The translations under genes and the position numbers were made by a program. 64,000 bases of DNA from Ascidiella aspersa. Taxonomy: Eukaryota. Of the stretch, positions 63,948-64,000 are shown in pieces. The notes under the pieces are model-generated. The model did no database searches. It was not told the origin of the DNA and was given only the letters and a program-made list of their open reading frames with translations. Numbering within the stretch: position 1 is the stretch's first letter; each line of letters begins with the position of its first letter. The stretch is taken from positions 29,512,001-29,576,000 of the forward strand of contig OZ004611.1 of the NCBI GenBank assembly GCA_963924565.1, read 5' to 3'.

Positions 63948-64000
63948 ACTGCCGAAGCAAGTACAATCGTTTACCAACTTTTTTCCTTATCAACGACCTC
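63172..64000. repeat. Array block 5: U2 3' remnant (63172-63321), U1 (63561-63725), U6 (63859-63964, minus)
   Basis: Matches unit sequence to window end. Confidence 0.97.

Overview
Eukaryotic (metazoan-type) DNA. About 43 kb is a near-perfectly homogenised 1193-bp tandem array. Each unit carries three spliceosomal snRNA genes: U2 (+), U1 (+) and U6 (-). By my count there are 34 intact U2, 36 intact U1 and 36 U6 copies. The array is invaded three times by one family of site-specific non-LTR retrotransposon with a restriction-like endonuclease (Utopia-like). Two copies are full-length (8.1 kb, intact ORF) and one is 5'-truncated and fused to the first 27 nt of U1. All three end at the same nucleotide, immediately after the U2 branch-point-recognition sequence GTAGTA. 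After a 100-N gap there is a 1.5-kb unique island holding two spliced exons of a STAT-family gene (SH2 domain and tail), which the ORF track shows only in part. The most novel-looking signals are in the element's non-coding RNA: (i) a 5' leader resembling a decayed U2 snRNA; (ii) four tandem bulged-A hairpins with a compensatory base change; (iii) an array of U2-complementary TAYTACAY motifs arranged like repeated 3' splice sites just before the ATG; (iv) a perfect 14-nt complement between the start-codon region and the element's 3' terminus. The many short repeated ORFs in the track are artefacts of the snRNA repeat.
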